From the sequence record PZ452581.1: a DNA stretch of 64,000 nucleotides. One strand, given 5' to 3'. The DNA comes from a phage. Position 1 is the first letter of the stretch. Each line of letters opens with the position of its first letter. Under the pieces are notes generated by a model that worked only from the letters and a program-made list of their open reading frames with translations, was not told the DNA's origin and ran no database searches. The translations under genes were made by a program, and so were the position numbers. This document shows, piece after piece, positions 39,696 to 50,158 of this stretch.

Positions 39696-39744
39696 AATTT
39701 CCTCATTCAAGTTTTAGTGTAAATTTAAGGGCCGAAGCCCTTTA

Positions 39745-40431
39745 TTAAAAATCGTGGGTAGAATCAGCTTCAAGAGCTACTACATAATTCGCGTGTTCAC
39801 CTTCAAATTTAGCAGCACCCTGTTTACCTTTTGCCCAAAGCAGAAGTTTGTAATTTCCTGGTTGCATTTTCATATTTGCCATATTGATAATGAAATTAAA
39901 TGTATTTTCACCATCATAATCACCAAGAGTCAAAGAATATTTAACGCGGGTCAAAGCAGAATCTTCTACTTTATTAAAACCGTTAATTACGATTTTACCT
40001 TCTTTTACTGTGATAGCAATTGTATCAATCTGCAGACCACGAGATACACGCAACAGTTGTTGAAGGTCTTCAGCTTTAATTTCGGTAACAACAGATGCTA
40101 CCGGGAATGGAATTGGTTTATTAGGAGCAACTACTGTACTCGGATCAGCTGCTGGCCAAAAAATTGTTGAACGGGCATCAGCAATTTTAATATTTCCATC
40201 TTCTGACTGGGAAATTTCTGCATCGTCATTAACTAGAGACAGAATACCGAGAAAACCGTTCAAATCGTAAATCGCTACATCAAAATCAATAGTGTCAGAA
40301 ATATTTGCTTCTGCATAAGTTGTACCATTAACCGCGCGAGTCATAATAAATTGACCGGATTTAAGCATAATACCAGAGTTAATAGTAGCGAAATTTTTGA
40401 GCAGAGCAGTGGTATCTTTAGACAGTTTCAT
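39745..40431 (-). CDS. 45: Sliding clamp gp45
   Basis: 228 aa, MKLSKDTTALLKNFATINSGIMLKSGQFIMTRAVNGTTYAEANISDTIDFDVAIYDLNGF matches T4 gp45. Confidence 0.95.
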   Translation of the reverse strand: MKLSKDTTALLKNFATINSGIMLKSGQFIMTRAVNGTTYAEANISDTIDFDVAIYDLNGFLGILSLVNDDAEISQSEDGNIKIADARSTIFWPAADPSTVVAPNKPIPFPVASVVTEIKAEDLQQLLRVSRGLQIDTIAITVKEGKIVINGFNKVEDSALTRVKYSLTLGDYDGENTFNFIINMANMKMQPGNYKLLLWAKGKQGAAKFEGEHANYVVALEADSTHDF

Positions 40432-40459
40432 GTAATTTCCTTCAATTCAAATGAGATTT

Positions 40460-40486
40460 AATTTTATAACTAATTTAATAAAGCAA
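40460..40486 (-). promoter_or_regulatory. Candidate MotA-dependent middle promoter upstream of gene 45
   Basis: Minus-strand TTGCTTTA (MotA-box-like) about 12 nt upstream of TATAAA. Confidence 0.4.
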
Positions 40487-40876
40487 TTAACGATTAAAAT
40501 CAGCAGCAATTGTTTCCGCAACAATTTGAGCAGCGACAATTAGGCGTTCATCTGCATTACCGCAATAATCATCTTCAAGGCGTTCACCGCATGAAGTCAT
40601 AATAAATTTAGCACCAGCATTTAGAGATTCTGCCGTATGTTTGCGCATTAGTTCAATCCATTTATCACTCACTTCACGATCAATAGCTTCATAATACGCA
40701 TGACGAGCAGGTGCAGATTTAATTTTGTTCTGAATAACTTCCATTGCGTTATCAGAAAGAGACAAAACCCATGCTCGACGAATTTTATTTTGGTTTTGTG
40801 GATTTGAATCAGAACGCACGTGTTTTGGCTGAATATCTTTTACATCAACAGTATAATTCACAGTAATTTTAGTCAT
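40487..40876 (-). CDS. rpbA: RNA polymerase binding protein RpbA
   Basis: 129-aa ORF at the T4 rpbA position between 45 and 46. Confidence 0.7.
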   Translation of the reverse strand: MTKITVNYTVDVKDIQPKHVRSDSNPQNQNKIRRAWVLSLSDNAMEVIQNKIKSAPARHAYYEAIDREVSDKWIELMRKHTAESLNAGAKFIMTSCGERLEDDYCGNADERLIVAAQIVAETIAADFNR

Positions 40877-40885
40877 AATACACCT

Positions 40886-41074
40886 TTAGTCATAATAATC
40901 AGTAACAGTCCAAGCTTCATTTCTGTTGGACATTATTTTCGTATATTCTGATTTAAATGCATTCTTAAGCATAGATTCAGTAACTATATGCTCTTCATTA
41001 GAAAAATTATTTCTCAGAATATATCGTTTTATTTCAGGAATAGTTAATAGATGCTGTCCAGTTGAATATTCCAT
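40886..41074 (-). CDS. Hypothetical protein (45.2-like)
   Basis: 62-aa ORF. Confidence 0.5.
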   Translation of the reverse strand: MEYSTGQHLLTIPEIKRYILRNNFSNEEHIVTESMLKNAFKSEYTKIMSNRNEAWTVTDYYD

Positions 41075-41129
41075 GTTTTTCCTCCATAGAGATTATACTC
41101 TAATAAATTAAAGCATAATCTCTAATAAA

Positions 41130-42812
41130 TTAAACCATTACAGTAAACCGACCAACTTTCTTCATTTGAAGATGCTGACCATATGCTTGTGGGTCATGGT
41201 CTCTATGCGAAATAACAAAAACATTAGTATTTTTTAAACTATCTAAAATAGTTGAAATAGCTTTTACACCTTCAACATCAGTTGCTGAATCAAAAACTTC
41301 ATCGAGAATTAGTGTGTTTATTTTAACACCTGAAACTTTTTCAGCAATATCACGCCAAGTAAATAAAAGAGCAATATCAATTCGTGCTTTTTCACCTTGA
41401 CTAAATGAAGCATAACTAAAATCTTCACGACCACGGGATTTAATTGTCTCATTAAATTCTTCATCTAATGTAAACACATAATCCGCTTCCATTATTTTAA
41501 GATAATGGTTAATTTGCTTATTAAATAATGGAATGTACTTTTTAATAATAGCACCTTTAATACCAGAATCTTTGAGCATATCAGTCAAAATTCCTCTATG
41601 GTATTTTTCCATTACTAAATTAGTTTTTGTCTTAACAATTTTATCAAGTTCTTCTTGAAGCAGTGCTATTTCATCAGCATGGTCAATAAACTCGGATGAT
41701 GCTTTTTCTATAGCCGCTTTAACCTTTTTAGCTTTATCTACCGTTGTGATTAAGGATTGCTTTTTATTGCGAATATCATTCGCCAACGTCTGCTGGGTTT
41801 TAATATTATCTCGGTATTCATCAACAAGAACTTTTAAATTATCACGATGTGTTGAAAGCTGTTCAAACGAATGCGTGCATTCAGAAACTTTATCTTTAAT
41901 TTTAGAAACAACTTTATCACCGGAACTTAATTGTGACAAACAGGTTGGACATAATCCACCTTCGTGATACATATTAATGACTTTATTATACGAGTCAATT
42001 TTTGATTTAATCAAAACTGCTTCTTGACCGATTTTATTAAATGCATCAGTCGGGTCTTCATCCAAAACAATATTAACTAATCTTTCATTAGCTTCTTCTA
42101 TTTCCGATTTTAACGTTCTAGCTTCTTTTGCCAAATCATCATACATATTCTGCAGACGAGTAAGGTTATCACCGGTTAATTTTTTCTGGCGTTCAACGTT
42201 ATCATTATATATTTTAATTTGCTGGATAATACTATCTTTTTTAACATCAAGCACTTGGTTTTGTGAATTTAATTCACGTATTAGTGCTTTATTAAGCTTA
42301 TCCATTTCAGCTAATGTTCCTACCTCGAGCAGGTCTTCCACAAGCTTTCTTCGCGCAGGGGTCGACAAACCCATGAAAGGGGTATACCCTGCTGTACCAA
42401 GGACAACAATCTGCTTGAAACTGGCATATGACATTCCGATAAGCTGTTCAAATTCTGCTTGGAAATCTTTACTGCTGGCAGATTCATTAAGACGTGTACC
42501 GTTAACGGTGATTTCGAAAACGTTTGGTTTTTGTCCTCTTTTGATATAGTACTTTTTCTCATCATATTCCATCCACAGTTCAACTAAAAGTTCTTTCTTA
42601 TTTGTGCTGTTTATTAATTGACCTTTCTTTACATCACGAAATGGCTTGCCAAAAAGCCCAAATGTGATGGCTTCTAACATAGTAGACTTACCACCGCCAT
42701 TTCGTCCAGTAATAAGAGTTTTTTGAACCTTATCTAGTTGAATGTCAATAGGATTTCCACCTACTGACATTATATTTTGATACCTAACTCGGTTTAGTTT
42801 AAAATTCTTCAC
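41130..42812 (-). CDS. 46: Recombination endonuclease subunit gp46 (Rad50/SbcC-like)
   Basis: 560 aa; Walker A GRNGGGKST, central coiled coil with CPTC zinc hook, C-terminal Walker B LILDEVFD. Confidence 0.95.
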   Translation of the reverse strand: MKNFKLNRVRYQNIMSVGGNPIDIQLDKVQKTLITGRNGGGKSTMLEAITFGLFGKPFRDVKKGQLINSTNKKELLVELWMEYDEKKYYIKRGQKPNVFEITVNGTRLNESASSKDFQAEFEQLIGMSYASFKQIVVLGTAGYTPFMGLSTPARRKLVEDLLEVGTLAEMDKLNKALIRELNSQNQVLDVKKDSIIQQIKIYNDNVERQKKLTGDNLTRLQNMYDDLAKEARTLKSEIEEANERLVNIVLDEDPTDAFNKIGQEAVLIKSKIDSYNKVINMYHEGGLCPTCLSQLSSGDKVVSKIKDKVSECTHSFEQLSTHRDNLKVLVDEYRDNIKTQQTLANDIRNKKQSLITTVDKAKKVKAAIEKASSEFIDHADEIALLQEELDKIVKTKTNLVMEKYHRGILTDMLKDSGIKGAIIKKYIPLFNKQINHYLKIMEADYVFTLDEEFNETIKSRGREDFSYASFSQGEKARIDIALLFTWRDIAEKVSGVKINTLILDEVFDSATDVEGVKAISTILDSLKNTNVFVISHRDHDPQAYGQHLQMKKVGRFTVMV

Positions 42813-43072
42813 AAAAGATTCCTTTTAATGTATCTTTTAGACCATTCTATCATATCATCATAATCTAAAAAGTATTCATCAAATTCAGCCATGCAAACAA
42901 CACCTTGTGCTGCTTTTGATGTGATATAAATTATTCCAACATATCTAGAATCTTCTTCGGTGTAATCAATATTTGCTATGAATTCATCGTTAATGTCAAA
43001 TGTCGAAAACTTCACAGTATGCATCCTTAATACAAGATACAGCCATATCTTGTAATGATTTAGGTGTGTCAT
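42809..43072 (-). CDS. Hypothetical protein (46.1-like)
   Basis: 87-aa ORF; start uncertain, overlaps next ORF. Confidence 0.4.
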   Translation of the reverse strand: MTHLNHYKIWLYLVLRMHTVKFSTFDINDEFIANIDYTEEDSRYVGIIYITSKAAQGVVCMAEFDEYFLDYDDMIEWSKRYIKRNLL

Positions 43073-43259
43073 TATCTAAAATGTTGAAGTTAAAAGATAC
43101 AGCCCAGTCAGTGCAGACCGTGACCTTTTTAATACAATTATCTTCAACCTCTAGCGGTTCAAACCAATATTCAATAATTTCTTTATGCCCAATATCATCT
43201 TTTACTTCGCATTCAAAATGCTGACTCATCATAACATTTTTAAATTCATCAAAAGTCAT
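42996..43259 (-). CDS. Hypothetical protein (46.2-like)
   Basis: 87-aa ORF. Confidence 0.45.
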   Translation of the reverse strand: MTFDEFKNVMMSQHFECEVKDDIGHKEIIEYWFEPLEVEDNCIKKVTVCTDWAVSFNFNILDNDTPKSLQDMAVSCIKDAYCEVFDI

Positions 43260-44275
43260 TGTGTTGCCTCTACATATAACTGATTTGCATATTGAATAAG
43301 TGCTTCGCGGTCAGAATCAGTGATGTCTGGAATTGCATTAATGTATTCTTCCATCAACGTCTGAAGAGATTGAACTTCAACTTCTTCACTATCATCTGAC
43401 TCGACAGAGTTATCAATCTTTGACACAACTCGTAATGAATGCACAACTTTTTCTAGTTCAGATTCGAACTTCGTTAGATTTTTGTCTACTTCAGTTACTA
43501 TAACACGCACTGATAGATTTGTAAAATCTTTATAGTCAATTTTTCCCTTAAATGGATACTGAATTCGACGATGCCAGGTAGTGTTGTTTGGAATAAATTC
43601 CATTCGTTCTGTTTCTGTATCAAACATCCAGAACCCACGAGGGTCATTCTCGTCACCTGCAGTTAGTGTCCATGGTGTCCCAATATATCTGACGTTAGCA
43701 GCCTCAGAGATAGTATGGAAGTGACCAGACCACACCTCTTTATAAGTCTTAAGGAAATCAGGTTCAAGACCGTGAGATTTCATTCCTTTATAAAAATAAA
43801 ATCCATTCAGTTCCCAGTGACCAACACAAAAAGAAGCAGATGAAGTTTTTATGTGTTCAAGAATTTCGCCAGTATTTTCTTCACACATCCAAGGAATTAA
43901 ATCAATCAAACATCCGTCAAAATCTACTGTAGTAGGCTTATCATATACTTTAACATTAGGATATTTAGCCAAAAGCTCAGTAGAAGCATTTGGGGTTAAA
44001 GTATTTTTAAAGTGCATATCATGGTTTCCTACAACAGTATGTAGGGTAATACCAGCATCATCAAGCATTTGAACTATTTCACGGGCGAACTCCATAGTTT
44101 TATGCGTGATTGCTTTTCGCACATCAAAAATATCGCCGTATTGAATCCATGTAGTAATTCCATTTTTCTTAGAATATTCTATTGCTTGTTTAATTCCATC
44201 CAACTGAATGGATTGAACCCACTCATCATCGGCTTTAACACCTAAATGCCAATCACCTAAATTTAAAATTTTCAT
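43256..44275 (-). CDS. 47: Recombination endonuclease subunit gp47 (Mre11/SbcD-like)
   Basis: 339 aa; phosphoesterase motifs (GDWHLG, GDIFD, GNHD, GHWE/GHFH). Confidence 0.95.
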   Translation of the reverse strand: MKILNLGDWHLGVKADDEWVQSIQLDGIKQAIEYSKKNGITTWIQYGDIFDVRKAITHKTMEFAREIVQMLDDAGITLHTVVGNHDMHFKNTLTPNASTELLAKYPNVKVYDKPTTVDFDGCLIDLIPWMCEENTGEILEHIKTSSASFCVGHWELNGFYFYKGMKSHGLEPDFLKTYKEVWSGHFHTISEAANVRYIGTPWTLTAGDENDPRGFWMFDTETERMEFIPNNTTWHRRIQYPFKGKIDYKDFTNLSVRVIVTEVDKNLTKFESELEKVVHSLRVVSKIDNSVESDDSEEVEVQSLQTLMEEYINAIPDITDSDREALIQYANQLYVEATQ

Positions 44276-44451
44276 ATATCAAGAACCGTCATTGAAATGC
44301 AAAATAAAATTATTGAAATAAATCCATCTGGAGTGCTAAAGAACCCAATCCAACATGCTCTAGTGAATAGATAAAATGCGAGAAAAAGTATCACATATCC
44401 AAGAAATATCATTATATCAAACTCCGTATAAAGCTAAAGGGCCGAAGCCCT

Positions 44452-45654
44452 TTATTTTGTAATAATGTCAAACTGCTCTTTAAAGCAGAAGCTTGAATCT
44501 TGATGCTGATACAAAAATTCATAAGCTTTTTCACGTTCACGGTCATAAAGAGCTCGGTCAGATGACAGTTCTTTAATACGTTCAAATGTTGATTCCATGT
44601 CATTTTCATCAAACCAAACGATACCGCTATCATGAGAAATTAACGGAGTATTATCAACACGGAATTTTAAATTTTCGCCAGTAGATTTCCAAAATACTGG
44701 AATTGTTCCACATGCACCAAGCTCGAGATGAGTATATTCTAAAGAACGTTGTAGATATTTTTTATCTAATTTACTCAGCTGATAACCAAATCCGGATTTA
44801 CTCATGCGTTCAAGCATTTCGCTATTTACATAACGGTCAAGAATTTGCGTTGGCAAATTAGGAGCAATTTTAATTTGGTCTACTTGATGAAGACGATAAT
44901 ACTCGTATGGAATTCCTTTTTCTTTAATAGGAATGAACGCTGGAGAACGTTCCAGACCTTCCATAATAGTACTTAGTCCTGCAGGTTTAAGATGTTTTTC
45001 ATGAAAATCAAACATCTGATAAAAACCTTTCCATGTAGTAGTACGACCAATCCAACGGTTGATATTCATGTTAATTTCAGAAACATCTTTCCAGTAGGTT
45101 GATCGAACCTTCGCAATATCCATAGGAGGCTGAAAGTTGTATACGGTCGGTGCTTCTTCAACATCATCAAACAGTGAAACAGTTTCTGGATACCATTCTT
45201 TCATTAAAACTTTATTAAAATCACCATTATCAGAATGGCTAAAAATAACATCAGCTCGACGAACAGTTTCTTCTAATCCCAAATTTCGGCGCAAAGAAAG
45301 AGAAGAATGGTCATGTTGATAAACTACAACACGAACCGAAGGTTTAATGTTATCAATAATTTTTTTATAGTTATTAATAGTGTCTTCTTCGACTGAAGTA
45401 GCAGGAACTGAATTGATAATTAGAATATCACAATCATTTACCAGCTTAAGTGTTTTATCGTATTCTTTTGCCAATAAAACCGGAATTGAAAATGACTTAT
45501 AATCATGCGCGCAATTACGAGTAAATGATTTATCTTTAGCATAAACCAAAGTTACTTCATGACCATTTTTAATAAACCAATCACGTTGCTCAAGAGAAAA
45601 TTTAGTTACGCCACAACCTTCAAGACCTCGAGCCATAAAAATGCATACTTTCAT
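44452..45654 (-). CDS. agt: Alpha-glucosyltransferase (hmC DNA alpha-glucosylation)
   Basis: 400 aa, MKVCIFMARGLEGCGVTKFSLEQRDWFIKNGHEVTLVYAKDKSF matches T4 alpha-gt. Confidence 0.9.
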   Translation of the reverse strand: MKVCIFMARGLEGCGVTKFSLEQRDWFIKNGHEVTLVYAKDKSFTRNCAHDYKSFSIPVLLAKEYDKTLKLVNDCDILIINSVPATSVEEDTINNYKKIIDNIKPSVRVVVYQHDHSSLSLRRNLGLEETVRRADVIFSHSDNGDFNKVLMKEWYPETVSLFDDVEEAPTVYNFQPPMDIAKVRSTYWKDVSEINMNINRWIGRTTTWKGFYQMFDFHEKHLKPAGLSTIMEGLERSPAFIPIKEKGIPYEYYRLHQVDQIKIAPNLPTQILDRYVNSEMLERMSKSGFGYQLSKLDKKYLQRSLEYTHLELGACGTIPVFWKSTGENLKFRVDNTPLISHDSGIVWFDENDMESTFERIKELSSDRALYDREREKAYEFLYQHQDSSFCFKEQFDIITK

Positions 45655-45897
45655 TTAATATCCTCATTGTTTTGGTTTATTTTACCAAAAATTTATAAAG
45701 CAATATAGGAGCCGAAGCTCCTATCCGCATAATACACCATACAGAGGCTCATTAGAGCTTCTAAATTTTATACGCTTATATGTTATAGTTCCTTCTGCTT
45801 TAGCTTTATCATGAGATTCTTTAAAGCGTCTCATCATTTCTACTTTAGAGGAACGAATTTTATTATAATCTATTTCACAAGTCTGGGCGTTCATCTT

Positions 45898-46104
45898 TCA
45901 CAGCTGCCACCATTTTTTGACTTGATAGGAATCAACCCACACTTTCATATTAGGGTCTGCTCTTACAATAGGAGGATTAACTTCTTTAATTGAACTATCG
46001 TGGTATTCTTTTTCAGAAATTTTCACGCAAAGATGACCATTCAAAGATTCAGTAAATCCTGCATTAATTTTAAGACGCTTGAATTTTACGCGTGTAAGCA
46101 TCAA
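45898..46104 (-). CDS. Hypothetical protein
   Basis: 68-aa ORF. Confidence 0.45.
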   Translation of the reverse strand: MMLTRVKFKRLKINAGFTESLNGHLCVKISEKEYHDSSIKEVNPPIVRADPNMKVWVDSYQVKKWWQL

Positions 46105-46387
46105 TCATATCCTCAATCTGCGATCTAGTAGTCTTCCAAAGAATACTAATGAGTTCATCGTTATATGGCTGTTTTAGAATATCCCGACTTTTCTTGATAG
46201 CATATTCGTATTGAGCAAAATTATTGTTTTCAGCTGCAATCTGAGCGTGTTTATAAAGACGGTTCAGTTCGCGTTTATTTTTAGACAATAACTTATTTGC
46301 TTTTCTTTCTGCTTCAAGACGGTTCTTTTCTTCAATAGAAGAAATAAGCTTTTCCACTTCATCATTAATTTCGGGTTTATCAGTCAT
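46070..46387 (-). CDS. Hypothetical protein
   Basis: 105-aa ORF with coiled-coil-like sequence. Confidence 0.5.
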   Translation of the reverse strand: MTDKPEINDEVEKLISSIEEKNRLEAERKANKLLSKNKRELNRLYKHAQIAAENNNFAQYEYAIKKSRDILKQPYNDELISILWKTTRSQIEDMIDAYTRKIQAS

Positions 46388-46388
46388 A

Positions 46389-46607
46389 TTATTTCTCTAA
46401 TATAAAATAAAAATCATCATCTGTTAAATGATACCGATAGTTTAATTCTACACCATTAGATTTAAAAGCGGTATCATACGGATTTTCTGGATCAATATCA
46501 ATGTCAAGAGCTAAAACTTCCCTGAGATACATTTTAAGTAAATAGGGAATAGCTTCAACTTCAGGTATTTCTTCCAAGAATCCGGAGAGGTTAATCGTTA
46601 GCCTCAT
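46389..46607 (-). CDS. Hypothetical protein
   Basis: 72-aa ORF. Confidence 0.5.
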   Translation of the reverse strand: MRLTINLSGFLEEIPEVEAIPYLLKMYLREVLALDIDIDPENPYDTAFKSNGVELNYRYHLTDDDFYFILEK

Positions 46608-47148
46608 ATAAAAAATCCAAACTAGGAGAATCGTCTACAGCACTTTTCTTTTCAGCCCCCGGTGTTCTATAGGTTGATTCTTCGTAATGCGTCATTTTAT
46701 CGTAGATGTCTTGAATAAAAGTTTCATCTACTAACGCAACCATATCGTCGTCACGACTGTCATAGACATTGTGAACGAAGTAACTGTATTTCTTTGCAAC
46801 TTCCTTACGTTCTTTTTTAATACGTTGGACGAATGCATTAAAACAAGCTTGAGTTATATATGCATGCGGGTTTTTATATTTCGTTTCATCAAAATTATGA
46901 AGCCCTTTAATAGAAGCTTCTATACCATCTGCAATCATTTCTTGTTTCCAAGATTGGGTGTATCCTGAAAAGTTGAAACGTTTAGATAAGCCTTCTGCAA
47001 TAAGCATAATGGCCAATCCGATAGTATCATTCTGACGAACTACTTTATTTGGGTCTTTATTATTTGCTAATTCTGTTTTCCAATCAATAATAGCTTGTAA
47101 AAGCTCTTTATTGTTTACGTAATTATATTTAGGCTTAGTTTCTGACAT
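46591..47148 (-). CDS. 55: Late sigma factor gp55
   Basis: Track ORF trimmed to [34 protein letters not shown], matching T4 gp55 (185 aa). Confidence 0.95.
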   Translation of the reverse strand: MSETKPKYNYVNNKELLQAIIDWKTELANNKDPNKVVRQNDTIGLAIMLIAEGLSKRFNFSGYTQSWKQEMIADGIEASIKGLHNFDETKYKNPHAYITQACFNAFVQRIKKERKEVAKKYSYFVHNVYDSRDDDMVALVDETFIQDIYDKMTHYEESTYRTPGAEKKSAVDDSPSLDFLYEAND

Positions 47149-47226
47149 TTTCACCTCTTAGCTCAATTCATAGATCTATTATATCATAATATTTGAAGAT
47201 CTATCTTAAAGCATAGAGGATATCAG

Positions 47227-47496
47227 TTATCTAAGTAAGCAGTATGCTTGGAACACTTTTTCCATCATCTTTTTAAATTCATGAATATCTATATAATGAC
47301 TAGTTAAATCAGCATGATATAAAAAGTCTAAAAACTTTTCATGTGTGCTAGCATATTCGCTTTCATTTAATTCAGAAACATGGCTTTCCCAATATCCAAC
47401 ACCAGTCTTATTTGGGAAAAATGAAATTTTCATGTATTGGTCAACATAGAAAATTCCATAATTTTCAATAGTAATAGAAATATTAATAAATTTCAT
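47227..47496 (-). CDS. Hypothetical protein
   Basis: 89-aa ORF. Confidence 0.5.
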   Translation of the reverse strand: MKFINISITIENYGIFYVDQYMKISFFPNKTGVGYWESHVSELNESEYASTHEKFLDFLYHADLTSHYIDIHEFKKMMEKVFQAYCLLR

Positions 47497-47714
47497 ACAT
47501 TCATCAACTTAGCCGCTTCGAGAGCTGCATCTAGTGAATCAAACTGGTCAACGTATTCAATCAATTCGCCATAATTAGCGTATAACCACCATTGGCTAAA
47601 TTCATACTCAAGGATGAATCCATTTCCTTCAATTTGAGTTAAACCAATGCCATTTGTATTTACTTCATATCCGGCAAGACGTAAATCGTTAATAAGAGCT
47701 TCGTTCATATTCAT
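47493..47714 (-). CDS. Hypothetical protein
   Basis: 73-aa ORF. Confidence 0.5.
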   Translation of the reverse strand: MNMNEALINDLRLAGYEVNTNGIGLTQIEGNGFILEYEFSQWWLYANYGELIEYVDQFDSLDAALEAAKLMNV

Positions 47715-48037
47715 ACCTTAGCAATTTTCAGGTCAGCAAATTTTTTCTTGCGTTGATTTTTCATACGACGAATAGTTTTATCGGAAATTTCATGTTTTTG
47801 ATAAGCTTTAGATTCTACACCAAAAGCTTTAACATCAAATTCTGACAAGATATATTGAACCAACAATTCACGGACAGTATTTCGTCCAATCTTCTGATCA
47901 TTCTGTTTCATCGTCTGATGAAGCTCTTTTTCCCATTTATCCAAAATTTGAGGAGTTACAATATCGCCTTTTTCTAGCAGAGAAACTACTTTATCATATG
48001 CATAAGAATTGATGGCGTTTTTAATTTGAATAGTCAT
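47711..48037 (-). CDS. Hypothetical protein
   Basis: 108-aa ORF. Confidence 0.5.
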   Translation of the reverse strand: MTIQIKNAINSYAYDKVVSLLEKGDIVTPQILDKWEKELHQTMKQNDQKIGRNTVRELLVQYILSEFDVKAFGVESKAYQKHEISDKTIRRMKNQRKKKFADLKIAKV

Positions 48038-48089
48038 ACATTATCCTCAATTGCGTTAAAATTTTATTATCCAAAAAGGGCCGAAGCCC

Positions 48090-48290
48090 TTAGCTAAACT
48101 GTTTGGCACCCTTCCAGCCTTCGTACATCATTGCGGCTGATATTAATATTGCTCCTGCGCATTTTGAATATTTGTGATTCCAAAACCAGTTCAGAAAAAC
48201 TTCGTCATCAATACCCTGGGCTATCATATTTTCAAAGAACTGGCGACGAGCTTCAGCAATTCGTTGCGATAATTTAGATTCAGGATTCAT
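48090..48290 (-). CDS. Hypothetical protein
   Basis: 66-aa ORF. Confidence 0.45.
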   Translation of the reverse strand: MNPESKLSQRIAEARRQFFENMIAQGIDDEVFLNWFWNHKYSKCAGAILISAAMMYEGWKGAKQFS

Positions 48291-48422
48291 TTAAATTTTC
48301 CAATTACCATTTTCATCAATAAATTTAATCCAGTCATTTACTGACCACTTGGTCGTATCGCCTTTTGGAGCAACATTTAAAGTATATAATCCCTGTTTAA
48401 AAAGCATGCGTTTGATATTCAT
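48291..48422 (-). CDS. Hypothetical small protein (about 43 aa)
   Basis: Track ORF 48291-48506 trimmed to internal Met MNIKRMLFKQGLY with GAGG SD. Confidence 0.4.
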   Translation of the reverse strand: MNIKRMLFKQGLYTLNVAPKGDTTKWSVNDWIKFIDENGNWKI

Positions 48423-48429
48423 ATTTTCC

Positions 48430-48723
48430 TCAGCTGTAACGATAGCACTCGTTTGATTTACGCTTAGCAACTCGTTGAGAAGTATTGTAATCAAAATCAT
48501 CGTCAATGTAAACTGATTTTTTCAACTTTCTTACTTCACCACGTAATTGACGATTTAACTCATCTTTAACTTCTGAATCAATGCCTTTCATTCTACGCCA
48601 TTTATCTGAGCGAAAAATGTTTTCAACCATATCTTTATGACTTACACCATCAGGAGCTTTACGCTTTCCGAAATAGTCATAATCACGTACTTTTAAATCT
48701 TTACGACGATACGTTTTACCCAT
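48430..48723 (-). CDS. Hypothetical basic protein (about 97 aa)
   Basis: Track ORF 48430-48762 trimmed to internal Met MGKTYRRKDLKVRDY. Confidence 0.45.
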   Translation of the reverse strand: MGKTYRRKDLKVRDYDYFGKRKAPDGVSHKDMVENIFRSDKWRRMKGIDSEVKDELNRQLRGEVRKLKKSVYIDDDFDYNTSQRVAKRKSNECYRYS

Positions 48724-49049
48724 GGAGTTTAATTTCCTTAGCAACTGAACTAAATACAGCACGATCGCAAATCATCTGTTTATTCCATTTAAGTACAGTA
48801 TAATGAACATCTAGATCATCTACTGCTGTAACAATAACAATATGTCCGTTAACACGATAATACTGATCCTTTTTAATCTCTTTATCAACCATATCAAATC
48901 CTCAAAGGCAATTCATATGTTAATAATACCACAGTTTGAACTTCTTGTAAACAACTTTGTGAAATTATTTTAGGGAACGATAAGAAGGGAACGATAGCTT
49001 AGAATGGTAATATACAGAATGCGAGAAAGAAAGGCCCAGAGGGCCCGTC

Positions 49050-49358
49050 TTAGTCTTCTATGATATCTCTATCATATCCAAGTGAAATGAGAGTTTCTTT
49101 GAAGTGTTTAATGTTCTTTTGTCTAGAATCATTGATGAAAATGACTGGATAACGAATGTTAAGAGATGTGAATCCAGCGCGTTTAGCAAGAGATACAATC
49201 AGTGGACGATCATACTCAATCTTACCATTATTTGTAAGAACTTTATAGAAAGTAAAAGGAGCATTGAGCTCCTTTAGAAGTTTTGTAACTGATTGACATC
49301 CAGGACAACGACCTACTTCATCTGGAATTCCATAGACTTCAATCTTGTTTTGTTTCAC
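49050..49358 (-). CDS. nrdH: Glutaredoxin-like protein NrdH
   Basis: 102 aa with CPGC redox motif; located upstream of nrdG/nrdD. Confidence 0.78.
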   Translation of the reverse strand: MKQNKIEVYGIPDEVGRCPGCQSVTKLLKELNAPFTFYKVLTNNGKIEYDRPLIVSLAKRAGFTSLNIRYPVIFINDSRQKNIKHFKETLISLGYDRDIIED

Positions 49359-49360
49359 AA

Positions 49361-49597
49361 CTATTCCTTACTAAGAGCAGCATTCAGCTTATTAGTAATT
49401 TTATCCAGACGCTCATTGAACTCACTAGAAGATAGTCCTTTTTCTGGAGAAATCAAACTAATCACGAAAAATATAGCAATAAAAGGAATAAGGAAAATAG
49501 CTCCAACTGCCATAAACAAAAAGAATGTTACGGTTGTAAGAAAATCAGCTAAACCTTTACGAAATTTATACATATTTACCCTTAATTGATTAACCAA
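49361..49597 (-). CDS. Small membrane protein
   Basis: 78-aa ORF with one long TM segment. Confidence 0.5.
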   Translation of the reverse strand: MVNQLRVNMYKFRKGLADFLTTVTFFLFMAVGAIFLIPFIAIFFVISLISPEKGLSSSEFNERLDKITNKLNAALSKE

Positions 49598-49687
49598 GCA
49601 TTGATAAGCACTAAACTATATTGCGAATAAAATTCTGGACCAAAATGAAAAATCATATCATTTATAGTGTCCATAATATAATTCAAT

Positions 49688-50158
49688 TTAATCATGTTTC
49701 CACACCCCATCGGTATTTGACCAAAGTCGCTGATTATCTGATCCTCGCCACAGCTTTTTGGTCGGAAGATTTTTCTCATACTTCCCATCAATAATAACAT
49801 CAACATATTTAAGCATTTCTAGTTGTTTAATATCTTCAAATTTATATCCTGTCCACAACCAAATGCTTTTATTGGGATAAAGATTTTTTACTGTTTGAAC
49901 AATGCAATGAACAACATCTCGGTTATCAGGATAGAGAGGGTCTCCTCCAGTTATAGTTAATCCTTCTATATAATCATTATTCAAACATTCAATTAATTGT
50001 TCTAGTGTTTCACCAGTGAATGGAACGCCATTTCTAGCGTTCCATGTTGATTTATTATAACACCCTTCACATTTATGCAAACAACCTGTAACGAAAAGAA
50101 CGACCCTGCATCCAGGGCCATTCACAAAATCGCAAGGATAAAATCTATCATAATTCAT
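49688..50158 (-). CDS. nrdG: Anaerobic ribonucleotide reductase activating protein NrdG (radical SAM)
   Basis: 156 aa with CxxxCxxC cluster GCLHKCEGC. Confidence 0.93.
   Translation of the reverse strand: MNYDRFYPCDFVNGPGCRVVLFVTGCLHKCEGCYNKSTWNARNGVPFTGETLEQLIECLNNDYIEGLTITGGDPLYPDNRDVVHCIVQTVKNLYPNKSIWLWTGYKFEDIKQLEMLKYVDVIIDGKYEKNLPTKKLWRGSDNQRLWSNTDGVWKHD

Noticed and set aside
44412-44633. 73-aa ORF overlapping the 3' end of alpha-gt
   Set aside because: Different frame inside alpha-gt coding sequence; no independent signals.
45718-45894. Apparent 58-aa minus-strand ORF downstream of alpha-gt region
   Set aside because: Re-translation showed an in-frame stop after 24 codons; my first reading dropped a base.
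8410-48090. Repeated gggccgaagccc elements considered as CRISPR repeats
   Set aside because: Only about 12 bp, irregularly spaced over kilobases, each forming an isolated hairpin; no repeat-spacer periodicity or cas genes.
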